64,000 nt of DNA from positions 183,318 through 247,317 of the forward strand of contig JBHLMN010000005.1 in the NCBI GenBank assembly GCA_048938105.1, given 5' to 3'. Below, piece after piece: positions 20,393 to 29,632 of this stretch. The notes below the pieces were generated by a model. It ran no database searches, had not been told where the DNA came from, and worked only from the letters and a program-made list of their open reading frames with translations. The translations under genes were made by a program, and so were the position numbers. The stretch comes from Promethearchaeota archaeon (lineage in GTDB: Archaea > Asgardarchaeota > Heimdallarchaeia > Hodarchaeales > Hodarchaeaceae). The first letter of the stretch is position 1, and every line of letters starts with the position of its first letter.

Positions 20393-21394
20393 GTGACGAA
20401 AATGGAACTTAGTGGTGAAAAAGTTTTAATTACTGGTGCAGGAGGCTTCATTGGAAGCCATCTTGTAGAAGTACTTTTAAAAAAAGGATGCAATGTTCGT
20501 GCTTTCATAAAATACTCTTCATCAGGAAATATAGGAAACTTAAAATGGCTTAAGAATAATACGAATAATTTAACAGTTATTTATGGTGATGTTAGAGATT
20601 ATGATTCTGTTTTTCAAGCAATGAAAGGATGCAGTATTGTTTTCCATTTAGCTGCTCTTATATCAATACCGTATTCTTATAGCAATCCTGTAGGTTTTTT
20701 CAAAACCAATGTTCTTGGTACTTTAAATGTTCTTGAAACAGCGAGAAAACTCAGAATAGAACGAATATTACATACTTCTACAAGTGAGGTTTATGGAACG
20801 GCACAATATGTACCAATGGATGAAAAGCACCCAACCATTGCACAATCTCCATACTCAGCTAGTAAAATTGCTGCAGATAAAGCTTCTGAGAGTTACTTTC
20901 TTTCTTATAATGTTCCTGTGGTAATTGTGCGACCATTTAATACTTTTGGCCCAAGACAGTCAACAAGAGCCTTTATTCCTTCGGTCATCGTTCAAGCTTT
21001 AACAAAAGATGAGATAAAGATGGGGGATTTGACCCCGACTAGAGATTTAACTTATGTTATTGACACAGTTGAAGGTTTCATTGCATTAGCTATAGCAGAA
21101 GAGGATGTATTAGGAAAAACCTTCAATCTTGGGACAGGTCAAGAACATATAGTAGGAGATGTTGCAAAAAAGATTCTTTCTCTTACAAATCCGAAAGGGA
21201 GAATAGTCACAGAATCTTCTCGAATTCGACCAAAAAAGAGTGAAGTGAGAAGACTCTGTTCTAATCCTGAAAAGATTTGGAAATATACAAACTGGAAGTG
21301 CAAGTATAGTTTCGATGAAGGGATAGAAAAGACGATACACTGGTTTAAGAATAATAAACAGATCTTAGCAGAATTTTATTCTAATCTTATCTGA
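20393..21394 (+). CDS. NAD-dependent sugar 4,6-dehydratase/epimerase (LegB-like extended SDR)
   Basis: TGAGGFIG, HLAALISIPYSY, TSTSEVYGTAQYVP, YSASK and RPFNTFGPRQS motifs. Confidence 0.92.
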   Translation: MTKMELSGEKVLITGAGGFIGSHLVEVLLKKGCNVRAFIKYSSSGNIGNLKWLKNNTNNLTVIYGDVRDYDSVFQAMKGCSIVFHLAALISIPYSYSNPVGFFKTNVLGTLNVLETARKLRIERILHTSTSEVYGTAQYVPMDEKHPTIAQSPYSASKIAADKASESYFLSYNVPVVIVRPFNTFGPRQSTRAFIPSVIVQALTKDEIKMGDLTPTRDLTYVIDTVEGFIALAIAEEDVLGKTFNLGTGQEHIVGDVAKKILSLTNPKGRIVTESSRIRPKKSEVRRLCSNPEKIWKYTNWKCKYSFDEGIEKTIHWFKNNKQILAEFYSNLI

Positions 21395-21398
21395 AATT

Positions 21399-22286
21399 GT
21401 GGGTCTAGCCATGAGAATAAATACTCACTCTAATATGAAGAGAATTCTAATTACTGGAGATGAAGGTTTTATTGGAAAGAAAGTTGTAGAGAAATTATCT
21501 GCCTTGGAGATCCCTTGGATTGGTTTTGATATAACTAGAGGTGAAGATATTTTAGATTTTAACCAATTAGAAGCAATTTCAAACATTAAAACAATAATTC
21601 ATCTAGCAGGGATCACAGATAGAAATTTTGCACTAAAATATCCTCAAGAAACCCAAAAGATAAATGTATTAGGCACATTCAATGTATTAGAGTTAGCAAG
21701 GAAAACAAAGGCAAAAGTGATTTTTGCAAGTTCAAGTCTTGTTTATGGAGACTCATACTCACACTTAATTTCAGAAGACTGCGAAAGAAAACCAATGGAT
21801 CCATATGCGCTTTCAAAGATGCTCGCAGAGGATGCTTGCATCTATTATTTCAATAATTATAGGCTTACAGGAATTATTTTACGATTTTTCAATATATATG
21901 GAGATTCCCTAAAACCTGGGACGTTAATTTCTGATCTATTGAAACAAATACTGGATCCATATGTTGATATTATTATTTTACGTAATAATTCATCTTCGAG
22001 AGACTATGTGCATGTTAGAGATATTGTTACCTGTATTATAAAGTGTCTAGATGTTGAGTTTTCAGGAACCTTTAACGTGGGACTTGGTCGGGCTTACAGA
22101 CCCCTTGATATTGCTGAAATTCTTTTTGACAAGACAAAGATTAGGAAAAAGATTTCTATTTTTGATAGATCTGTCAAGAAATCTATTATATGTGCAAACA
22201 TTGAGAAAATACGTGATACACTTGGATTCAAACCAGAAATAACGCTTGAAAAAGGGCTTTCCGAACTAATTGAAGATATTCTCTAA
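21399..22286 (+). CDS. NAD-dependent epimerase/dehydratase
   Basis: TGDEGFIG, YALSK and LRFFNIYG motifs; the start is probably at MKRIL. Confidence 0.9.
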   Translation: MGLAMRINTHSNMKRILITGDEGFIGKKVVEKLSALEIPWIGFDITRGEDILDFNQLEAISNIKTIIHLAGITDRNFALKYPQETQKINVLGTFNVLELARKTKAKVIFASSSLVYGDSYSHLISEDCERKPMDPYALSKMLAEDACIYYFNNYRLTGIILRFFNIYGDSLKPGTLISDLLKQILDPYVDIIILRNNSSSRDYVHVRDIVTCIIKCLDVEFSGTFNVGLGRAYRPLDIAEILFDKTKIRKKISIFDRSVKKSIICANIEKIRDTLGFKPEITLEKGLSELIEDIL

Positions 22287-22351
22287 TTACAGAAGCATTA
22301 GAAGACAAAAAATTCTGATTAGAGATGTTGAAATATTTTAAAAGAATATTG

Positions 22352-23065
22352 TTAAGAATTCCTAGGTAAAAATTTTGATTTATATTTTTTAAATAATTCC
22401 AAAGAATGCTGAAAATCTGTGATATTCCCAATGTCAAGCCAGATACATTCAGCTTGATTATGGACTTTAACAGTCTCCCCATTACTAATTAGTTTTTTTA
22501 TGAGATTAGGTATGTCTAGATATTCATTGTAAGGAATAAAATCAACAACACGGTTATTAAAAGCATAAATTCCCATACTAACTTGATAACTAGCTGTAGG
22601 TTTCTCTATATAGTTAATAACTTGATCTTTTTTTGTTTCAATAACCCCTAGATCAATATTTATGTTTTTTGTATAGACAGCGACAGTAGCTATGGCATCA
22701 TGGTTTAGATGCGTCTTAAAGAATTTTAGAAAATTAAAATCTGTTAAGATATCACCATTCAAAACCAAGAAATTATTGTCTAAATTTTTAATTAATCTAA
22801 TAGGTCCAGCTGTTCCTAAATTTTGTTTTTCATAAGAATACTCGATTTCTAGACCTAAATCTGTGCTATTAGCAAAAAAAGTTCTGATATATTTTGCCTT
22901 ATACCCCAATGCAAGAGTTACTTTATGAAAGCCATAGTATTTCAACTGTTTAAAGATAATTTCCAAAATTGGAGTCTCGCCAAAGGGCATCAATGGTTTA
23001 GGGAGGACAGTAGTATAAGGTTTCAGTCGCTTCCCCTCACCTCCAGCAAGAATTATGGCTCTCAT
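22352..23065 (-). CDS. sugar-phosphate nucleotidyltransferase
   Basis: AIILAGGEGKRLKP, PKPL, LGTAGP, NGDIL and EKP motifs. Confidence 0.93.
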   Translation of the reverse strand: MRAIILAGGEGKRLKPYTTVLPKPLMPFGETPILEIIFKQLKYYGFHKVTLALGYKAKYIRTFFANSTDLGLEIEYSYEKQNLGTAGPIRLIKNLDNNFLVLNGDILTDFNFLKFFKTHLNHDAIATVAVYTKNINIDLGVIETKKDQVINYIEKPTASYQVSMGIYAFNNRVVDFIPYNEYLDIPNLIKKLISNGETVKVHNQAECIWLDIGNITDFQHSLELFKKYKSKFLPRNS

Positions 23066-23247
23066 TCTATTTTTTTCCTTTTTAGGAGTTGATATTTATT
23101 TATCTCTCTCTTGCATTCCTGAAAGTTACAGACTTTTAATAAAAGATAGATGATAATATCGCTTATACTATTAAAAGCCTTTTGTATTCTTCAGTAGAAT
23201 ACTTAGTTAGTCAGTAAGGAAAAAATTAATAATGCTTTTGCTCGATT

Positions 23248-23934
23248 TCATATTATTGCGTCGAAAACTGTTGTAGGGCGCCCTGTACGACTTCGCTTTT
23301 CCGTATATTGAACCACGAAACCTTTCACTACTAATCGTTGTAAACAATTATAGATTGAGCTTCGGGGAATTCCAGTGAAATGGACTAATTCAGAACGAGT
23401 AAGAGGACCGTAAGATTTCAAAACTTCGAATAAGATACGCTCTAAGTCATTTATTAGAGCTGGTCGTTCCAAATCTTCCATAGAATTCCGTTTATCTGAC
23501 ATAGAATTCATTATTAGAATCTTGAGAAGAAGAGAATTGTATTTCACTCCTAAAGATGCGAGTCTTTCCAGAGGTTCTCTCTGGACAAATGAAATAATCT
23601 CAGAAATAGGTGTGGTTTCATGAAATCCGAGATGCTCGCGAAGATTAGAGATCTCAACATATAGTTGGTATAATTGGTTGAAATCTGAATTAGGGAGATT
23701 TAATACTTGGCGAATCTCTTCTAATTTTTGATAAAAATAATAGTGTTCCTTAATCGAATGAAGTGATGGAAGTTTTAATTCCTCTTGCATTTTTTTGAGA
23801 GAATTCCATGTTGAATTTAGAACTTCTTCTGATTCTTTGCCTTTTAAGCTTAACAACCGTCGTAGTTCTTCTTTCAGTTTTTTTTCTTCAAGTAATTGGA
23901 TTTTGTCTATTGAAGAACTAGTTTTATTGTTCAT
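23248..23934 (-). CDS. TrmB-type winged-HTH transcriptional regulator with helical N-terminal domain
   Basis: C-terminal GPLTRSELVHFTGIPRSSIYNCLQRLVVKGFV...TGRP. Confidence 0.8.
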   Translation of the reverse strand: MNNKTSSSIDKIQLLEEKKLKEELRRLLSLKGKESEEVLNSTWNSLKKMQEELKLPSLHSIKEHYYFYQKLEEIRQVLNLPNSDFNQLYQLYVEISNLREHLGFHETTPISEIISFVQREPLERLASLGVKYNSLLLKILIMNSMSDKRNSMEDLERPALINDLERILFEVLKSYGPLTRSELVHFTGIPRSSIYNCLQRLVVKGFVVQYTEKRSRTGRPTTVFDAII

Positions 23935-24254
23935 GAATTCTCATCTACTAAAGAGCTAATGTCTTTCATTGAGATAATCGAAAGAAGAAAAACCTAGAGG
24001 TTGCTGAAAAGAAACAGTAGATCAACCGAATACATCATCCTTGAGATGAAAGCATTTTTGATGAGGTAATAGAGTGGATATAACTGTTAGCAGTTAAGAC
24101 TTATTATTCATATTAGAATGGATTACAATATCACTAATATTATATAAATCTTTTATTTATGGATACAAAAATCCATCCGACTTAATAAGCTAAAAATTTG
24201 ATCGAAAGTTTAGATTTCGAGTTCTGAAGCTAATAAATCCAATCGAATCCGTTT

Positions 24255-24809
24255 TCATCTAATATCTTTTGTTTGAAGATGGTCTTCATTTTCAATCTTT
24301 TTTAGCCATTCTCCTCTCCAAAAAAAGAAACAAGATCGATCACAAGGACCATAAGACTCTGTCCCTTGGCAGATGAGTCCTTCTAAGATAAAAATGCCTT
24401 TACTTCTCTTTACACTTAAGTCACGTTCATCGACAAATCTCAATACTGGTTTCATTACTCGCTGGATAGTTCCACAGTACTCTTCCATTTCATGCATAAA
24501 CGCGCAACCCCTGAGTGCTCCCCAACGGTCAAGGGTAGCTCTGATTTCTTCTTTAGATCTCACACGAACCAAATCTCCAGTTTTTAAGCTTTCTATTGTA
24601 AGATTTGAAGATGGGATTGCTGGATTATTACTTCTCCTGAAAAATCTTGATGGTAGATTTATCACTTTCTTAATTCTCTGTTTCATACTGTGACTCAAGT
24701 GTTTTCTAAGAAACAGTCTTAGACGGATGCGAATAGGCCGATGAATCTTAATCTTCCCCTCAGACATTATGTTAATACAATGAAGTTGGCAATTATGAAT
24801 TTTATTCAT
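24255..24809 (-). CDS. conserved hypothetical Cys-containing protein
   Basis: GDLVRVRSKEEIRATLD...EMEEYCG...LEGLICQG...CDRSCFFFWRGEWL resembles an uncharacterised family I recall from polysaccharide loci; the start is probably MSEGK. Confidence 0.65.
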   Translation of the reverse strand: MNKIHNCQLHCINIMSEGKIKIHRPIRIRLRLFLRKHLSHSMKQRIKKVINLPSRFFRRSNNPAIPSSNLTIESLKTGDLVRVRSKEEIRATLDRWGALRGCAFMHEMEEYCGTIQRVMKPVLRFVDERDLSVKRSKGIFILEGLICQGTESYGPCDRSCFFFWRGEWLKKIENEDHLQTKDIR

Positions 24810-25022
24810 GTAATAGCTCTCCTATTCTTCAAAACCGATATTATATTTAGATTTTTTACAAATGAGTACTATAAAACTCTTAATGTCATAGAATACGTTT
24901 TCCTATTATATTTATTTTCACTTCGAAGAGATTTTCGAGGGATAAATGAAACAATATTCAGAGGAGAAATTCTACATAATTGAGAATCAAATATATCTAA
25001 ATGTCCAGATGGCATAATAGAG

Positions 25023-26540
25023 TTACTTTAACAAAAATTTGGAGTCATCATCAGATAATATTCCTTTTTTTTTAAATGTGATCAATAAAATGCTAAGGAA
25101 GAAAAAAATATGTGAGATATCAGAGAATGGACTAGTATGATTAGATGTTGTTGTAGACATCTTTGAAGTGGTGTTATTACTTACTCCAGTTTTTGTTTCG
25201 GTAGATTGGCAGGATGGTAAACTATCAATATTTTTTTGTACTCCTTCAATAATGGTGATGTCAATGCTAGTGGAAGGTCCCGAGCCTCTCTCTTCAGGGG
25301 CAATTGGTGTATTTTCAGAGATGTAACTAGTGATTAGATACGCCTCATCAATTAATGAACCTGAAAATGACTCAGTTATTGTACTTGTTTCCAAATAATG
25401 TACGTTTTGATTGACATACCAACCATGAGAATCATGTACAGCAAGGGAAATCCCAATCACATCCTGTGGGACCTTATTAATGATGACTGTAAAGTTATTC
25501 GGTGGAGCTTCTAGTTTGTGAATATAAAACGCATAATGATTGACAGAGATGGTTTTATTAGCTAGTGGTAGTTTATCCACTACTTCATAATTAGTGATTC
25601 GGGCATCAAATCCTTCAAATCCAAACAGATTATTCTGAAAACCTAATTCATCTAGAGTAAGAGTAGTAATCCAGTTCATAAAAAGCTCATTAAATGTTAT
25701 ATCATAACCTGCTGCATGTAGAACTGTTTCAATTCCATGAGGGCCATCATCAGGTTCGGTTATCAGGTCTCGAAGAATATCTACCCCATATTTTTCAGCA
25801 ATATAGAAAGCAAAAAGATATGCACTTCCATAATCTTGGTCATCAGTCCAATATAATGGTGAATTTTCAGGATGAGGTAAATAAAAAGCAACTTGGGGAA
25901 CGAGATTATTATATGGACCTAAATACCCTGCATGATAAGTTGCATATTGAGCTAGTGCTTCCAAGGTAAATGGTGGTTCACCCCAATCATTATTAAACCA
26001 AATAAGATGATGAAATTCATGAGCCATTGTTGCATATAACCAATCATGATGATAAAGTCTGTAACAAATGTAAATCATTTCACAAAGATTAGAAACATTA
26101 TGTTCTATGTCATTAACTTCAGAATAGTAATTGTAATTGTCAAGAAATAAGATGTAGATTCTCGGATCACCATCGATATCTCCCATCGTCCCATTGGGAT
26201 GGCCAGCCAGGTCAATTATACGGGGATATATTACATTGTCAAATTCATAGCAAATTTCTTCCACCTTTGCCATGATAGAATTCTCTCCCAGTTTTGGTAT
26301 ACACTCTTCTTCCATATAAATGTAACACCAGTCACCAATTGCAAGTAACCTAGAGTTTACTTCCCAATATTCTTTTTTGATATAATTATATGTCCAAAAT
26401 ACTCGTTCTTCTTCAGGTTCCTTACTCATTGTTGAATTATTAAGAGTAATTGCTAAATTGACCTTATTAGTAACGATGGGGAGGGAGATAATAGTGGAGA
26501 TCATACATAAAACGATAATATGTGATTTAGTCATATACAT
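25023..26540 (-). CDS. secreted/membrane-anchored zinc metallopeptidase (M30-like)
   Basis: Signal peptide, DIDGDPRIYIL, HEFHH plus downstream E (LEALAQYA), Thr/Ser-rich linker, C-terminal TM followed by KKK. Confidence 0.8.
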   Translation of the reverse strand: MYMTKSHIIVLCMISTIISLPIVTNKVNLAITLNNSTMSKEPEEERVFWTYNYIKKEYWEVNSRLLAIGDWCYIYMEEECIPKLGENSIMAKVEEICYEFDNVIYPRIIDLAGHPNGTMGDIDGDPRIYILFLDNYNYYSEVNDIEHNVSNLCEMIYICYRLYHHDWLYATMAHEFHHLIWFNNDWGEPPFTLEALAQYATYHAGYLGPYNNLVPQVAFYLPHPENSPLYWTDDQDYGSAYLFAFYIAEKYGVDILRDLITEPDDGPHGIETVLHAAGYDITFNELFMNWITTLTLDELGFQNNLFGFEGFDARITNYEVVDKLPLANKTISVNHYAFYIHKLEAPPNNFTVIINKVPQDVIGISLAVHDSHGWYVNQNVHYLETSTITESFSGSLIDEAYLITSYISENTPIAPEERGSGPSTSIDITIIEGVQKNIDSLPSCQSTETKTGVSNNTTSKMSTTTSNHTSPFSDISHIFFFLSILLITFKKKGILSDDDSKFLLK

Positions 26541-26915
26541 GATATTTCACATAATCCATGAGACACAAATTGAATAAAAAAACATTAATAACATCTAATA
26601 GAAAAACTGTAGACTTTTTTAATCCTATAGATTGGTGCAAAATGTTTAATCACTATTCAGAAGGAAAAAAGTGTTCTAATTTAGAGAACAGGCTGTTTCA
26701 TTCTATAGGACACATTTCTAGGCTTATTGTGATTTATCCTCTAGTAGATAGATAATAAGTATTTTTACAAAAATAATTTTCACATGCACCAAATATGGAA
26801 AATGAATCGCATAAGGTTAAATAAACGTGAAGTTGGCTACTTTAAATCTAAAAATATACTCCTAATTTTGTGTCGAAATATGTGGGAATACATTGAATCT
26901 TTGGAAGCTATTACG

Positions 26916-27224
26916 TTATAATGGTAAATAGTGACGTATAGAAGCCACCAATAATTCAAAATCATCGAATTCAGCACTTCTGAAAGGCTTTAACAATAGT
27001 TTTTCCTTATATAGTTGTTCAAATTGTCTTTCTAGATATTGAGAGATAGCTTGAGTAATAAAATTCTTCTCTGTGACAATTAATACACAGGATACTTCGC
27101 GTCCTCTTGCTGTTATTATGTTTTTATCACCGAAAGATATCTGGTTTCGTTTATGATACCAATTATCTGTAGTAATATTTCTTGATATAGAACAGACACA
27201 TCCAGTATGTCGAAAAAGGCCAGA
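26916..27224 (-). pseudogene. start-less fragment resembling an Asgard longin/roadblock-like C-terminal domain
   Basis: 102-codon open frame without a canonical start near its 5' end: ...NQISFGDKNIITARGREVSCVLIVTEKNFITQAISQYLERQFEQLYKEKLL...EFDDFELLVASIRHYLPL*. Confidence 0.45.
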
Positions 27225-27316
27225 TTACTCGCTAGAATTCAGAACAGAATCTTTCTCGGTGGTATTCTCTTTTTTCACCTCTCTTCTCATAAACTTCAGA
27301 ATCATACTTTACTCTC

Positions 27317-28183
27317 TCATATAACCAGTAGAATAGCCCCAAATACCATGAATACCATACCAGGTATTCGTTCTTTGATCTCCTCCTTTAAAATTAACTT
27401 GGCTAGGAAGGCGGTTACAAAAACTGATAATAATGATGCAGGTTCAGCAACTGTTACTTCTAATCCTACTATAGCAATTAATAGCATTACATATGCCCAT
27501 CCATTTGATAGACCAGCTAGAATAATTGTTTTGAGGTTATTTCTAAAAGCAAGAATGCCATCATAATACCTTCTGGTAAAGATTGCTATTACAAAGAACA
27601 TTAATCCAGCAAAGAAAAGGATTGAGAAAGCATAAACTCTTGAATCTATCGTTCTAATGGCATAAGTATCCACTGTTCTTCCAAGAGCTAAAAAGAATGA
27701 ACCACTTATCATCAATAACGATGCCCTTGATGTTTTTATCTTTTGGATTTTTTCGGTAATTTTTCCAGGATATAAGCAGAAAACTCCAATGAACATCGTG
27801 ATCCCCCCTAATACTCGAAATACTCCTACATTCTCTCCTAGAAGAAATAAACCTAACACTAATAACCATAATAGTGATGAATTATAGAGAGGAGCAATTA
27901 ACGAAGCGTCCTCCTCTGACAAGGCTTTCACATAGGCAAAAAAACCAAAGGTGTAAATGATAGAACTGATAAATGCGAACTTTAAATCCTCTAATCCTGT
28001 AAGAAGTACTTCTATAGGGATGAACACAAAAATTGGTAATAAGAATAATGCTCCTGTTAAAAAGAAGATAGCACTGATTATTAACGAATCATATTCTTCA
28101 AGTTGTTTTAGAAAAATTCTTTCAGCACCTAACAAAAAGATCCGAAGTGATAGGGCAATAAATGAAATTATTACAATATCCAA
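27317..28183 (-). CDS. EamA/DMT family transporter
   Basis: Two 5-TM repeats; YVKALSEEDASLIAPL and LILKE motifs. Confidence 0.88.
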   Translation of the reverse strand: MDIVIISFIALSLRIFLLGAERIFLKQLEEYDSLIISAIFFLTGALFLLPIFVFIPIEVLLTGLEDLKFAFISSIIYTFGFFAYVKALSEEDASLIAPLYNSSLLWLLVLGLFLLGENVGVFRVLGGITMFIGVFCLYPGKITEKIQKIKTSRASLLMISGSFFLALGRTVDTYAIRTIDSRVYAFSILFFAGLMFFVIAIFTRRYYDGILAFRNNLKTIILAGLSNGWAYVMLLIAIVGLEVTVAEPASLLSVFVTAFLAKLILKEEIKERIPGMVFMVFGAILLVI

Positions 28184-28254
28184 ATCAAAATCTTCCTAAA
28201 AATCATCAATAAGTCACTAAAAGTTGACATATTAGGATTAGGAAAAAAAAATCG

Positions 28255-28268
28255 GTTGCATAAGCAAC
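28255..28268. promoter_or_regulatory. palindromic operator candidate GTTGC-N4-GCAAC, copy 1
   Basis: gttgcataagcaac, about 70 bp upstream of the EamA gene; exact reverse complement of the core at 29240..29253. Confidence 0.65.
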
Positions 28269-28434
28269 TATGTTAAAAAGCAGTAATAAATGTCAACCAA
28301 AGCTTCTTAAAGGGGAATAATTTCTGATTAAGTTATAAAAAATTGTCCATTTGAAAATTACTTACTATATGGCCATGCCTGTGATAAAATAATGATGTTA
28401 CGTGGCTAAATCGGCAATCAAAGATGCTAGGAAT

Positions 28435-29124
28435 TCAATTCTCGGCTGAACTTTTCTTTAATAAAAGATATGGCATTAAGGATGTGAATAACTTGTTTTC
28501 TGCTTTTCGTAAAGTCTTTTCAACAGCATATCTAGAAACCTTAAATTCGTCCGCAAGATCTTGAGTTCTAATTCTCCGTGGAATTTCATAATAACCTTTT
28601 TCAAAAGCTCCAATAAGAATCAATAGTTGATGTACAGTCAAATCGCTGGTTAATTCTGCTATAGAAATCATTTGGGAGGGAAATATTCCTTCAGATTCTA
28701 ATTCCTTTATGGAAATAATCTTTGTTTTGGGATATGTTTGCAATACTTGTACCACTGAGGATAAAATGGAGTTATCTAAGCATACGATTTGATAATGGCT
28801 CCATCCTCCCGAATATCTTATTGGATAAATCGATATACCTCCCTGTTGTTGAATCTGTGAATTAATTGTTTTATCACAAAGACATTTCATACTAATATAC
28901 GAAATTGTTGTCGGATTACTATCAATCGTCGTAATTTTCCAATCATGAGTATTTGGATAAAGATTGTTGGCTATTTCCATATTTTTTTCGTTAATCTCAC
29001 CTGGAATCATTAGTATATCGAATTTTGAATTGCAGTATCCATAAATCTCTTTCATTAAGAAGGATTTTGAAAAATTAAGATGAGGAGAATCGTGTTGAAT
29101 TTTAATCCGGAGTTCTATTACCAT
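28435..29124 (-). CDS. HTH_10 (bacterio-opsin activator-type) transcriptional regulator
   Basis: LTVHQ...AFEKGYYEIPRRIRTQDLA...LRKAENKL. Confidence 0.92.
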   Translation of the reverse strand: MVIELRIKIQHDSPHLNFSKSFLMKEIYGYCNSKFDILMIPGEINEKNMEIANNLYPNTHDWKITTIDSNPTTISYISMKCLCDKTINSQIQQQGGISIYPIRYSGGWSHYQIVCLDNSILSSVVQVLQTYPKTKIISIKELESEGIFPSQMISIAELTSDLTVHQLLILIGAFEKGYYEIPRRIRTQDLADEFKVSRYAVEKTLRKAENKLFTSLMPYLLLKKSSAEN

Positions 29125-29238
29125 AAATCAATCCCTATCTAGAAATTAATTTTCGATTCAAAAATCATGTCAAAGCGGCAAATCTACTAATTCTAATTCC
29201 TTAATCAATAATTATTTTTCAAGACTTGAAAAAAAAGC

Positions 29239-29254
29239 GGTTGCTTATGCAACC
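29239..29254. promoter_or_regulatory. palindromic operator candidate GGTTGC-N4-GCAACC, copy 2
   Basis: ggttgcttatgcaacc in the divergent region between the HTH_10 gene and the mttB-like gene. Confidence 0.65.
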
Positions 29255-29632
29255 ATAATATAAGATTACTTAAAAGATTACATTCAAAAAAAGGTGAAAC
29301 GTTAATTCATTCTGAGGTGCTGCTGGTTTTTTTAAGGTGAACATAATAAGAATTTGAGCTCTCTCTCCTCTCTTTAAGACTGGTTAGATATGAAAAAGGT
29401 ATAAAAGTGGATTACTGATAATGAAACAGTAAAACAGGACACATATACTATGAACCTTCGCTTTATTAACAAAGATAGGACGGACAGAATGAGAGAAATC
29501 TTCAGAATGAATTCTATAATAGGTAATTCCAGAATCAAACTCTAGCAAATAACACACAAAATTATCATCACTTTCTCTTTTCTCTTACTTCTACGGAAAT
29601 TTTTATAATGTCACGGAATTCTTGGATTATTT

